34,645 nucleotides of DNA from a virus (lineage: Duplodnaviria; Caudoviricetes): positions 1 through 34,645 of IMG/VR virus record IMGVR_UViG_3300017978_000114; one strand, 5' to 3'. Of the stretch, positions 1-7,124 are shown one piece after another (the first letter of the stretch is position 1; each line of letters starts with the position of its first letter). The notes below the pieces were generated by a model. It was not told the DNA's origin and did no database searches. It worked only from the letters and a program-made list of their open reading frames with translations. The position numbers and the translations under genes were made by a program.

Positions 1-679
1 TTCATCAAGGCTCGTCCCTCGCCAGCGCCGAGAAGAAGATACTGCAAGGCGTCATGGACGTGGCTATACATGTTCTTGTCGGGCTTGTCGGCATACCGCT
101 CCCCCGAAACCTCCATCCGCTTGTAGGAATAGCCACCCTCGAAGCCCTTAATGATGGTAGAACACCTACGATCTATGAGAAACGCAGGCTTTCCCTCCAC
201 CATTTTCGTCAATTGGGACGAAACAGCCTCAATCCGCAGGTCTGGAGAGTTGGATGGAGCGGGAAATGCCCTCAATCCAGCGCCACGAAGGATGTGGAAC
301 GGCGTAGATTCATCCGTCTGCGCTCTGAAATCGCCAGCCGGATCACCATAGATGATAGTTTCGCCCGCTGCCGCAAATCTAGTTGCCAGTTCATTGCGTA
401 GAACCTCAGCAAACCTGACAATCCCCATGTCAATTGCCACGATCTCAGACTGGATGAGCCATCGGCCCCTGATCTTCTGACCAATTGCAGCCGCTGGCGT
501 CAGACCAAAGTCCAATCCAACATAGACTGGAAGCCCCGCAGCAATCGGAACCTCCTCTGTGGCAATGTGGGCCTCTGCCGCGAACATAGGATACACTGGT
601 TTCCCATCCTGAATGGTGCCAAGGCGGTTCATCACATAGACATCAATCCAACTCTTGGTCTTGCCCTGAATTAGATTGG
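1..679. repeat. Diverged direct terminal repeat, copy A (pairs with 33967-34645)
   Basis: Colinear ungapped match at offset 33,966; roughly 85% identity by eye, differences mostly at third codon positions. Confidence 0.95.
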
Positions 680-1421
680 GGTAGTAACTCTGCATCATGT
701 TCTTGCGGTTCTCAGCAAGAGCATTCGGGACATACTTGTCTACCGATCCCTCGTCGTCCTTCACCTCTGACATACCGGGAGGCTGGGTGAAGAAGCGCCA
801 GTTGTCTGGCTTCACCAGCATCTTGGCCTGCTCTCGCGGAATGTGGTCTGGAATCGGAACCTCGCCCGACATAATCGGCCACCAGTGATCCTCTTCTGGT
901 GCGTTGGTATCTGCAATCACGCCAGTCCAGCTAGGGCCACCATCACGCATAGAAGGGTAGCGACCCACACGCATGGTGCAGGCGTCAATAATGCTCTTGG
1001 GAATCTCTCTGGCTTCGTTGATCCAGATGCCCGTGAGTTCCAGTGATAGAAGCTTCTTCACATCTTCGGGTCGATCAAGAGCGAGGAAGATAACCTCAAG
1101 CTCCATGTCGCCCTTCTTGATGTTGTGCGTGTAAGGCACTGACCAAGTAAACTTGCCCCAGTCATTCTCTGGGAACCAGTCTAGCCAAGTCTTGATCGTC
1201 GTCGTTCTTAGCTGTGGGTTTGTGTTTCGGATGATGGCCCATCGACTCTTGCGCTTACCATCCGGCCCCTTCGCCTGCATCAAGGCGCGACGAAACACCT
1301 CGACGCAACAGCCGACAGACTTGCCGCTGCCAACTGGACCCCTAATGCCACGAAAAAAAGTATCGTCCTTCATGAACTGCTTTAGCACTTCACCATCAGG
1401 CTTATACTTGAAGTCGATCAT
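1..1421 (-). CDS. terL: Terminase large subunit (copy A, runs off the left end of the window)
   Basis: Manual translation from ATG 1421: MIDFKYKPDGEVLKQFMKDDTFFRGIRGPVGSGKS (Walker A), IWINEARE (Walker B), VGLDFG nuclease motif, HVHDALQY. Absent from the ORF track because it has no stop in the window. Confidence 0.95.
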   Translation of the reverse strand, partial: MIDFKYKPDGEVLKQFMKDDTFFRGIRGPVGSGKSVGCCVEVFRRALMQAKGPDGKRKSRWAIIRNTNPQLRTTTIKTWLDWFPENDWGKFTWSVPYTHNIKKGDMELEVIFLALDRPEDVKKLLSLELTGIWINEAREIPKSIIDACTMRVGRYPSMRDGGPSWTGVIADTNAPEEDHWWPIMSGEVPIPDHIPREQAKMLVKPDNWRFFTQPPGMSEVKDDEGSVDKYVPNALAENRKNMMQSYYPNLIQGKTKSWIDVYVMNRLGTIQDGKPVYPMFAAEAHIATEEVPIAAGLPVYVGLDFGLTPAAAIGQKIRGRWLIQSEIVAIDMGIVRFAEVLRNELATRFAAAGETIIYGDPAGDFRAQTDESTPFHILRGAGLRAFPAPSNSPDLRIEAVSSQLTKMVEGKPAFLIDRRCSTIIKGFEGGYSYKRMEVSGERYADKPDKNMYSHVHDALQYLLLGAGEGRALM

Positions 1422-1606
1422 CGAAGTCCTTTGTCCACTCCGAAGCGGATCATCTTCTCTGCAATCTCTGGCCCCAAGCTTTCAATCAGCTTGTCGCACT
1501 CTTTGTTGGTAGCGTGTTCCTTGGGAACATAAGCCAAATGAACCTTCCTCACTATGCCGCGAAGAAGGTCCAAGTCCTGCTTTCCAATTGTGCTGATGAA
1601 GCTCAC
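1418..1606 (-). CDS. Hypothetical protein upstream of terL
   Basis: 62-aa ORF, GTGA/ATGA overlaps with both neighbours. Confidence 0.75.
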   Translation of the reverse strand: MSFISTIGKQDLDLLRGIVRKVHLAYVPKEHATNKECDKLIESLGPEIAEKMIRFGVDKGLR

Positions 1607-1770
1607 TTCTTGCCCTTAGCTGCCATCTCTTGGAACTTCTCTTTGCCATACTTCTTGCGGCCAATATACGCAGCCAGCGACCTTGGGTCTTTTGCGCCCT
1701 TAGCTGCCAACTCCTTGACCAGCTTCTTGTAGCGGCCACCACCGCCAAGCTTCATGCTGTCAGCCATCAT
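1603..1770 (-). CDS. Small basic protein (MMADSMKLGGGGRYKKLVKELAAKGAKDPRSLAAYIGRKKYGKEKFQEMAAKGKK)
   Basis: Manually read 55-aa ORF below the track cutoff; start and stop overlap the neighbouring genes. Confidence 0.75.
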   Translation of the reverse strand: MMADSMKLGGGGRYKKLVKELAAKGAKDPRSLAAYIGRKKYGKEKFQEMAAKGKK

Positions 1771-2165
1771 ACATCATCCGCAAAGAGTTGGCTCCAACGC
1801 TCAACAGCAGCGCCCATTCCGCTTCTCGACCGAGAGCCGGGGCCGCGAGAGCCGCCAGCAGACTTGAACAAGCTCTTCCTTACTCTGTCTTTTTGCTGGA
1901 GAACCATGGGCTTTGCGCCAGTAGCGGGACGAACACCAGCCTTCGCTTTCTCTGCGGCAGCCTTATCACGCTTTTCTTTCTCAACCTTTGCCTCGGCAAA
2001 ACTTGCATTGGCTTCCTTCAGTGCGGCAGAGGCAGATTCATAGCGCGCCTCATTCCTAAAGGTGTCGCTGGCTTTAAGGTTAGCATACGCCTTGTCCTTT
2101 GCGCTCTCAGCTTTGATTACTGCGCGGCGAAAGGTCTTCAGTCTTTTGATAAGTTCATCAGCCAT
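1767..2165 (-). CDS. Basic Ala/Lys-rich hypothetical protein
   Basis: 132-aa ORF in tightly packed late operon. Confidence 0.7.
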   Translation of the reverse strand: MADELIKRLKTFRRAVIKAESAKDKAYANLKASDTFRNEARYESASAALKEANASFAEAKVEKEKRDKAAAEKAKAGVRPATGAKPMVLQQKDRVRKSLFKSAGGSRGPGSRSRSGMGAAVERWSQLFADDV

Positions 2166-2340
2166 TGTTCATCCCCATCGGCATCAAGAGGCTTCTCTGC
2201 ATCTGTCCAGTCTTCCGCGTCTGATACTGAGGACCAGTCCGCTCAACCTTCGTCCCCATATCAAGAGAAGGCAACGGACCATAGTCCGGCTTCTCATACT
2301 CAATCTCAGTCTTCGGCAAAGCCGCGCCACCAAAGCACAT
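2158..2340 (-). CDS. Small putative virion protein with MCFG N-terminus (T7 gp6.7-like start)
   Basis: ATG 2340 preceded by AAGGA; 60 aa. Confidence 0.65.
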   Translation of the reverse strand: MCFGGAALPKTEIEYEKPDYGPLPSLDMGTKVERTGPQYQTRKTGQMQRSLLMPMGMNNG

Positions 2341-2344
2341 GATC

Positions 2345-2644
2345 TCAATCCTTCTTCGCTTTGAGACGCTTGCTGATCGCCCGCGCCTTCGCCTTCGCAT
2401 CATCCTTACTACTAGCGCCCCATGCCTTTAGGCTAAGAAGAAGCCGAGTAGGCCTTCCCTTCTCATCCTTCTCCGGCCCCGGCATGTTCCCCATCCGCGC
2501 TAGGAAGCTCGCCCGCCTCGGGTTGTCCCCCGACTTCACCGGAGGCTTCAGCGTTCCCCCCTTGTAGCTGGCTCTTCCTGCGGCGTTTAACCCGCCCGCC
2601 GGATTCTGCCCCTCTTTCCTCTGCCACGCCGGAGTCTTTGCCAT
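2345..2644 (-). CDS. Conserved basic phage protein (DUF6321-like, MAKTPAWQRKEGQNPAGGLN...RRASFLARM)
   Basis: Recognisable motif set common in aquatic phages near terminase genes. Confidence 0.8.
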   Translation of the reverse strand: MAKTPAWQRKEGQNPAGGLNAAGRASYKGGTLKPPVKSGDNPRRASFLARMGNMPGPEKDEKGRPTRLLLSLKAWGASSKDDAKAKARAISKRLKAKKD

Positions 2645-2871
2645 TCCCAATACCCTTCTTAGCCATAGAAAGATCACCAAAAGGCTGTCGTTCAGGAACC
2701 TTATTCCCAAACCTCGAACCCATCATAACTCCAACGCGCATCAGTCATCTCCTGTTTTAGCGGACCTTGGTGGGAAAAAATACGAGTGAGGGAGTATATG
2801 TAACCTTGTGTCTGTCACTTTTCCCCCCACCCCCTACTATCACACTGAAACCGTAGGGAGTTTTTTCTCCG

Positions 2872-3252
2872 CTAGCCTAGGTCTATCTGAACTCTGATGT
2901 CACCAGCGACTTGAACCTGTGATCTATCTATCGGCTTGAACCCAGCGCGATCTAGCAAATCCTTAGCCGCTTCTAGCTGAACATACTCACTCTTAGCGCT
3001 CTTAGCTAACCCAGCGACCTTACCTACTGCCATCGCTGCGTGCATACTGAATACCTCTGCTGTCTGCTGCATCAGATACTGCTGCACATGGGGTGTCTTC
3101 ATCGCCTTCCACGCAGTCACTCTTCCGCTGTTCCCTTCGGAGTATCCTGCTTCTTCTGCGGCTTTTGTCAGGTTACCGCCGTTTGCAACATACGCTTCAA
3201 CCAGCGCCTTCTGTCTTGTGGTTAGCTTACGCTGTTCTAGCGCTCTAGACAT
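2872..3252 (-). CDS. terS: Terminase small subunit
   Basis: LTTRQKALVEAYVANGGNLTKAAEEAGYS HTH, AAKDLLDRAG motif, C-terminal beta strand; first gene of the operon leading to terL. Confidence 0.85.
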   Translation of the reverse strand: MSRALEQRKLTTRQKALVEAYVANGGNLTKAAEEAGYSEGNSGRVTAWKAMKTPHVQQYLMQQTAEVFSMHAAMAVGKVAGLAKSAKSEYVQLEAAKDLLDRAGFKPIDRSQVQVAGDIRVQIDLG

Positions 3253-3303
3253 ATCTCATGGCCCCCCCTGATCCCCCCCATAATCACCTCCTCCAAATGG
3301 CTG

Positions 3304-3315
3304 TCAACGCACAAA
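3304..3315 (-). promoter_or_regulatory. Putative late promoter motif TTTGTGCGTTGA, running into TTGACA, upstream of terS
   Basis: One of four copies, each upstream of a late unit. Confidence 0.7.
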
Positions 3316-3330
3316 CCCTGCTATCGCCCT

Positions 3331-3360
3331 TTGTTACAGGCAATCGTGATAAGGCATACT
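3331..3360 (+). promoter_or_regulatory. Putative sigma70-type early promoter (TTGTTA-N18-CATACT)
   Basis: Partial consensus match at the divergence point between late and early arms. Confidence 0.4.
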
Positions 3361-3409
3361 AAAAGCGTTCATCACGGTCTCCAAGATTGGTTTGCTTGGC
3401 ACCTCTGGC

Positions 3410-3644
3410 GGTCTCCTGTTGCTGCGGCCACCTCGCCCTTCATGCTGGCGTCGCACCAGCGGTAACAGTTCGCAAGTATAATCCTCTTGCACAGTCGCTG
3501 TTGCTCTGTGCGTCTCCGTTCCGCCCTCGAACGCCTCCGCCTTGGGGGGATTACACTTGCGAACTGCAAGCCTCCTTCGTCGGTTACTCGCAGGTGCGTC
3601 TTGCATTCATGGCGAGGGTGGTCCTCGCCAACAAACAGGAGACC
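3410..3644 (+). ncRNA. Long nested fold-back structured leader of the first early gene
   Basis: Nested inverted repeats 3410-3420/3634-3644, 3428-3437/3611-3621, 3453-3466/3583-3597, 3466-3486/3546-3566. Confidence 0.65.
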
Positions 3645-3649
3645 TAGAC

Positions 3650-4057
3650 ATGACCAAGCAAACCAACCTTGTCGACCTCAAGCTCGCCATCATCAAATAC
3701 CACAATGCAAACGAATACCTAGAAGTCGCAATCGCTCGAGACGCCTGCTTCACGAGTCACAACGCCCTCATGTGGAAGCGCACTGGTCAGGGTCAGATGT
3801 TGGACCTGACCGCTGAGATCAAAGAGCTTCTGCCTCAGCGCGGGCAAGAGATCACCGATGTCAAACTCGACCGCCTGCTGTCGCGCTATGAGCAGATGGA
3901 AACCGAGCTTGCCATCCTGCAAGAGCGTCACGATGCGGACAAGGCAGTCTACAAGATCATCGCTCAGGACGAGTGGTCCGCTAAGCCCAAGCGCACCCAC
4001 GTCAGCGAAGGCCACGGCATCGACAGCCGCCTCGCCAAGTTCGGGTTCGCAGCCTGA
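3650..4057 (+). CDS. Hypothetical first early protein (coiled-coil, 135 aa)
   Basis: ATG 3650 with AGGAG RBS; phage-like codon use; followed by a hairpin. Confidence 0.85.
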   Translation: MTKQTNLVDLKLAIIKYHNANEYLEVAIARDACFTSHNALMWKRTGQGQMLDLTAEIKELLPQRGQEITDVKLDRLLSRYEQMETELAILQERHDADKAVYKIIAQDEWSAKPKRTHVSEGHGIDSRLAKFGFAA

Positions 4058-4067
4058 ACCCCCACGG

Positions 4068-4089
4068 GGGGGCGCAAGCCCCCTCTTCA
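4068..4089 (+). terminator. GC hairpin with GCAA tetraloop (possible terminator or processing site)
   Basis: GGGGGC-GCAA-GCCCCC then TCTTCA; weak U tract. Confidence 0.5.
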
Positions 4090-4108
4090 TCAACCTTCGG
4101 AGATCACC

Positions 4109-4174
4109 ATGGAACTTGCAGTCATCATGTTCTGCTTCGTCATTGGATCACTTGCCTTGATCCTCGCAGACTAA
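4109..4174 (+). CDS. 21-aa hydrophobic peptide MELAVIMFCFVIGSLALILAD
   Basis: GGAG RBS 6 nt before ATG; TM-length hydrophobic core; flanked by hairpins. Confidence 0.55.
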   Translation: MELAVIMFCFVIGSLALILAD

Positions 4175-4281
4175 CCGAGAAGGCGGGTCAACAGGCCCGC
4201 CCATCTCTTAACGGGGAAGGGCCGGGGCATGGGGTGTCGGGCGAATCGTGCTGATCTTTAACGCATCAAGGAAAATGAAAC

Positions 4282-4473
4282 ATGAATGATGAACCAATCT
4301 TCCCATACCACCCAGACTATGGGTTGCCTAACGACTATCGAAGCAAGGCTGTGCTGCTGTCCATCCAGTATGGGGTGAAGCGGGCATCCGATGAATGCAA
4401 AGTATCACCATCAACAATCTACAAATGGCGGGCCGACATGGGCCTTATCAAAAAGAGGAACGCAAATGTTTGA
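4282..4473 (+). CDS. Small HTH DNA-binding protein
   Basis: GVKRASDECKVSPSTIYKWR HTH pattern; AAGGA RBS. Confidence 0.75.
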   Translation: MNDEPIFPYHPDYGLPNDYRSKAVLLSIQYGVKRASDECKVSPSTIYKWRADMGLIKKRNANV

Positions 4474-5296
4474 CATGATCCACAACGACTACAATTTTCC
4501 GGTGGAAATGCAGCCTATCTATGATGGGTTTGGCAACACCATTCCCGATCAACGCTGCGTCATGCGGACTGATACCAACGAGGTGCTTGGTGTGCATGGC
4601 TCTCGCTATCAGATCGTTCAGCATGACGATGTGGTCAACAGTCTGATGGATGCACTCAAGACTGCAAACATTAGCCAAGACTACACGACCAAGTTCACTG
4701 TTGCTGAAGGTGGCCGCAAGTTGCGCGGCGAAATTCTCTTCAATGACCTGACTGTCCAGCCAAAGGTAGGTGACTACGTTAAGTTCCGCATCAGCTTCTT
4801 CAACAGCTACGATGCAAGTTGGGCATTCAGCCAAGCAGCAGATGGCCTGCGCTTGTGGTGCATGAATGGCTGCACCAATGCGGAACATGCAGCCGTGTCT
4901 CGCTTCAAACACACGCAGTCTATCAACATCGAAGGCTCAGCCACGAAGATGATGCTTGGCTTGGACACTTTCATGAACCAGCCTGATCGCTGGCGCAAAT
5001 GGATGTCAACGCCTGTTACTACTGACATGGCCGAGACATTTTTTAAGGCCACTGTTGCTAAGGCATACACGCAGCAACAGGCTGGCAAGACCAACGAGAA
5101 ACAGCTTGAGCGTTTGCTTTCTATCTATGGCACCGAGGCTGACAACTTGGGCGGCAACAAGTGGGCCTTGTATAACTGCCTGACCTACTGGGCTAGCCAC
5201 ACCAGCGACCTGAAGAATCCTGAAGTGGCCCGCCGCAATCGTGAGGATGCGATTGCCAAGGCAATGCAACACAAACTCTGGGGAGAAATCGCATGA
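4466..5296 (+). CDS. DUF932/DUF945-like phage/plasmid protein
   Basis: RTDTNEVLGVHGSRYQIVQH, FFNSYDAS, RLWCMNG, FKHT, NKWALYNCLT motifs; GAGGA RBS. Confidence 0.85.
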   Translation: MFDMIHNDYNFPVEMQPIYDGFGNTIPDQRCVMRTDTNEVLGVHGSRYQIVQHDDVVNSLMDALKTANISQDYTTKFTVAEGGRKLRGEILFNDLTVQPKVGDYVKFRISFFNSYDASWAFSQAADGLRLWCMNGCTNAEHAAVSRFKHTQSINIEGSATKMMLGLDTFMNQPDRWRKWMSTPVTTDMAETFFKATVAKAYTQQQAGKTNEKQLERLLSIYGTEADNLGGNKWALYNCLTYWASHTSDLKNPEVARRNREDAIAKAMQHKLWGEIA

Positions 5297-5517
5297 CGAC
5301 TATAGTTTCAAAGCACAAGATCACAACTCTTAGACAGTATGTGAACAGGTTCAATGACTTCACTGTCTATATGTTTGTCGGCGTTGATGCGCGAGGCGAT
5401 CAGGTTTGCGTGGAATTCTATCACCACGATGGAGACACACTGGTTTGCGAACCAATCGAAAAGAAAGACTATCGTTCAGAGGAGAGAAAACATGAAGATG
5501 TCACGCCAACACTTTGA
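5293..5517 (+). CDS. Hypothetical protein
   Basis: ATGA overlap, GGAG RBS. Confidence 0.7.
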   Translation: MTTIVSKHKITTLRQYVNRFNDFTVYMFVGVDARGDQVCVEFYHHDGDTLVCEPIEKKDYRSEERKHEDVTPTL

Positions 5518-5704
5518 TTTCATTGCAGATACGGTCGGCCCCATGGTGGGCTGGCCGAGTCAGCTTCATGACTTGGCAGATAAACTTGCAGCCTCGAACC
5601 CTAAGTTCAATCGCGAGAAGTTTATCTCACGCGCAACCAATGCTTGGGAACAGGAACACAAGCATATCTATGAGGAACCAATCGATGACGAAATCATATT
5701 CTGA
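5492..5704 (+). CDS. Hypothetical protein (MSRQHFDFIA...NPKFNREKF family)
   Basis: GAGGAG RBS; acidic DDEIIF tail. Confidence 0.8.
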   Translation: MKMSRQHFDFIADTVGPMVGWPSQLHDLADKLAASNPKFNREKFISRATNAWEQEHKHIYEEPIDDEIIF

Positions 5705-5870
5705 GGGATGGATTGACTGCCCTGAATGCAATGGTGCAGGTGAGGTAGAAGTGGAGCACTACTCTCGCATGTCAGCAAGCGAACCATATGGGGACATCTA
5801 TGTCAGAATCGAAGTGTGTGAGTGTTGTCATGGGAACGGATACATCCGTGATCATGACGACGAGACCTGA
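5685..5870 (+). CDS. DnaJ-type zinc-finger small protein
   Basis: CPECNGAG and CECCHGNG repeats; GAGGA RBS. Confidence 0.75.
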   Translation: MTKSYSEGWIDCPECNGAGEVEVEHYSRMSASEPYGDIYVRIEVCECCHGNGYIRDHDDET

Positions 5871-5970
5871 TGGTGTGTATGTGTGGCAGAATGGTTATCT
5901 TATTGGCTACCTTCCTGCCGCCTCATGCCTCAACTTTGTTCGGCAAATCTTGAACGAGGTTGACATATAG
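5854..5970 (+). CDS. Small hypothetical protein
   Basis: 38-aa ORF filling the gap in the operon. Confidence 0.45.
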   Translation: MTTRPDGVYVWQNGYLIGYLPAASCLNFVRQILNEVDI

Positions 5971-5990
5971 CTGCGAGTATGCAGTTATCC
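5960..5990 (+). promoter_or_regulatory. Promoter (TTGACA) with CTGC-N6-GCAG operator
   Basis: Perfect -35 at 5960; operator repeated at 8239-8257. Confidence 0.55.
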
Positions 5991-5994
5991 CGGC

Positions 5995-6276
5995 ATGAAA
6001 TCATATATCACCATACTCAAGGAACGTGCCGAAGAATGTGAGCTGACCTTGCTCAAAGCATTCAAGGCTGCGGACATCCCGACTTCCACTTACTATCGCA
6101 CCATCAATGGTGACACAGAGCTTCGCCATGAAACCGCAGCGAGGGTAATGCAAGCCATTGAGAAACTTTACGCACTTCAACAAGCCCGTTCGCATTCCGA
6201 GCAACTACGAGGACTTGGTGTTAAGGTTAATAATCGCACGATCAGAGCGCGGTTTAAGCCAAGAAGCACTGGCTGA
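5995..6276 (+). CDS. HTH transcriptional regulator (Cro/CI-like), possibly leaderless
   Basis: AFKAADIPTSTYYRTING HTH; no RBS, promoter immediately upstream. Confidence 0.75.
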   Translation: MKSYITILKERAEECELTLLKAFKAADIPTSTYYRTINGDTELRHETAARVMQAIEKLYALQQARSHSEQLRGLGVKVNNRTIRARFKPRSTG

Positions 6277-6409
6277 TAAGATCGGATGCACAGTCTCGCT
6301 CATTCACAAGTGGGAACAGCACAAGCGGATACCCTCTGGGTTCATGCTGATGTGCTGGCTGGACGCACTGGACTATGACATTGAAGTCATCCAGCGGAAT
6401 CAAGTGTGA
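6158..6409 (+). CDS. XRE-family HTH regulator
   Basis: RSERGLSQEALADKIGCTVSLIHKWEQHKRIPS; TTG start uncertain. Confidence 0.85.
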   Translation: MRNFTHFNKPVRIPSNYEDLVLRLIIARSERGLSQEALADKIGCTVSLIHKWEQHKRIPSGFMLMCWLDALDYDIEVIQRNQV

Positions 6410-6665
6410 CAACTGCAACTCGCATGTGTCCAACTTTGTTGCCATCCTAAAACAATACGGTGGTCACTGGTTGATCTGCATGTCCTGCTATGAAAGCGAC
6501 CAATGCCCAACAGAAACAAAGCCAAAGGAACCTACCATGAGAACTGGGTTGTCGACTGGCTCAAAAAGATTGGCCTCCCAGCTAAACGCCAGCCCCTCTC
6601 GGGCGCATTGGGAGGAGAGTATTCAGGGGACATCATCACAGAAATCATGGGACACCGACTGGTAA
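6375..6665 (+). CDS. Putative zinc-finger protein
   Basis: CDNC...CMSC in the non-overlapped part; C-terminus overlaps the resolvase. Confidence 0.5.
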   Translation: MTLKSSSGIKCDNCNSHVSNFVAILKQYGGHWLICMSCYESDQCPTETKPKEPTMRTGLSTGSKRLASQLNASPSRAHWEESIQGTSSQKSWDTDW

Positions 6666-6868
6666 CAGAGGTGAAGTATCGGGATGCGTCCAGCTTCCCA
6701 AGTCCCTTCACTGTGCTGACCAACCGTGACCTAGCTATCTACAAGCGGCGAAGAGGAGAGCCGCAGGTCGTCGTGATTATGTCCGGCGAAACATTTCACA
6801 AGCTGATGGAGAGCAGCAATGACAGAAGCGCAGAACCAACAGGTGTTGTCTTACCTAAAGACGGGTAA
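6503..6868 (+). CDS. Holliday junction resolvase (Hjc-like PD-(D/E)xK)
   Basis: KAKGTYHE, PLSGA, GDI, EVK motifs. Confidence 0.85.
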   Translation: MPNRNKAKGTYHENWVVDWLKKIGLPAKRQPLSGALGGEYSGDIITEIMGHRLVTEVKYRDASSFPSPFTVLTNRDLAIYKRRRGEPQVVVIMSGETFHKLMESSNDRSAEPTGVVLPKDG

Positions 6869-7049
6869 GGTTCTCACGCCCATCCAAGCCCTTGATATGT
6901 TTGGATGTTTTAGATTGTCAGCCCGCATCTATGAACTCAAAGACAAAGGCTGGCCCATCATGTGTGAACGCAAGGCAGTTGAGAGTGGCAAGGTTGTTGG
7001 CCACTACAGCATGACGCAAGACAAAGCATGGTGGCCATCACGTCTTTGA
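6819..7049 (+). CDS. Winged HTH protein
   Basis: LTPIQALDMFGCFRLSARIYELKDKGWPI pattern; GGAG RBS. Confidence 0.85.
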   Translation: MTEAQNQQVLSYLKTGKVLTPIQALDMFGCFRLSARIYELKDKGWPIMCERKAVESGKVVGHYSMTQDKAWWPSRL

Positions 7050-7064
7050 TCTGCTAAAAGGAAT

Positions 7065-7096
7065 GGGCGGGGAGTGTTGGAGCACTCGACCCGCCC
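7065..7096 (+). promoter_or_regulatory. Stem-loop upstream of the replication initiator
   Basis: GGGCGGG/CCCGCCC plus GAGTGTT/AGCACTC arms. Confidence 0.5.
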
Positions 7097-7124
7097 TAAG
7101 CAGAACATGTAGGGGAGAAACCAC

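Noticed and set aside
54-1512. Multiple + strand ORFs listed in the track
   Set aside because: All antisense to terL, which the track missed because it is open-ended
3410-3644. Retron msr/msd or DGR interpretation of the nested inverted repeats
   Set aside because: No reverse transcriptase and no template/variable repeat pair seen anywhere in the genome
3334-3647. ORFs 3334-3606(-), 3372-3569(-), 3387-3647(+) and the upstream extension from 3542
   Set aside because: No RBS or protein-like features; better explained as chance frames in the GC-rich fold-back region
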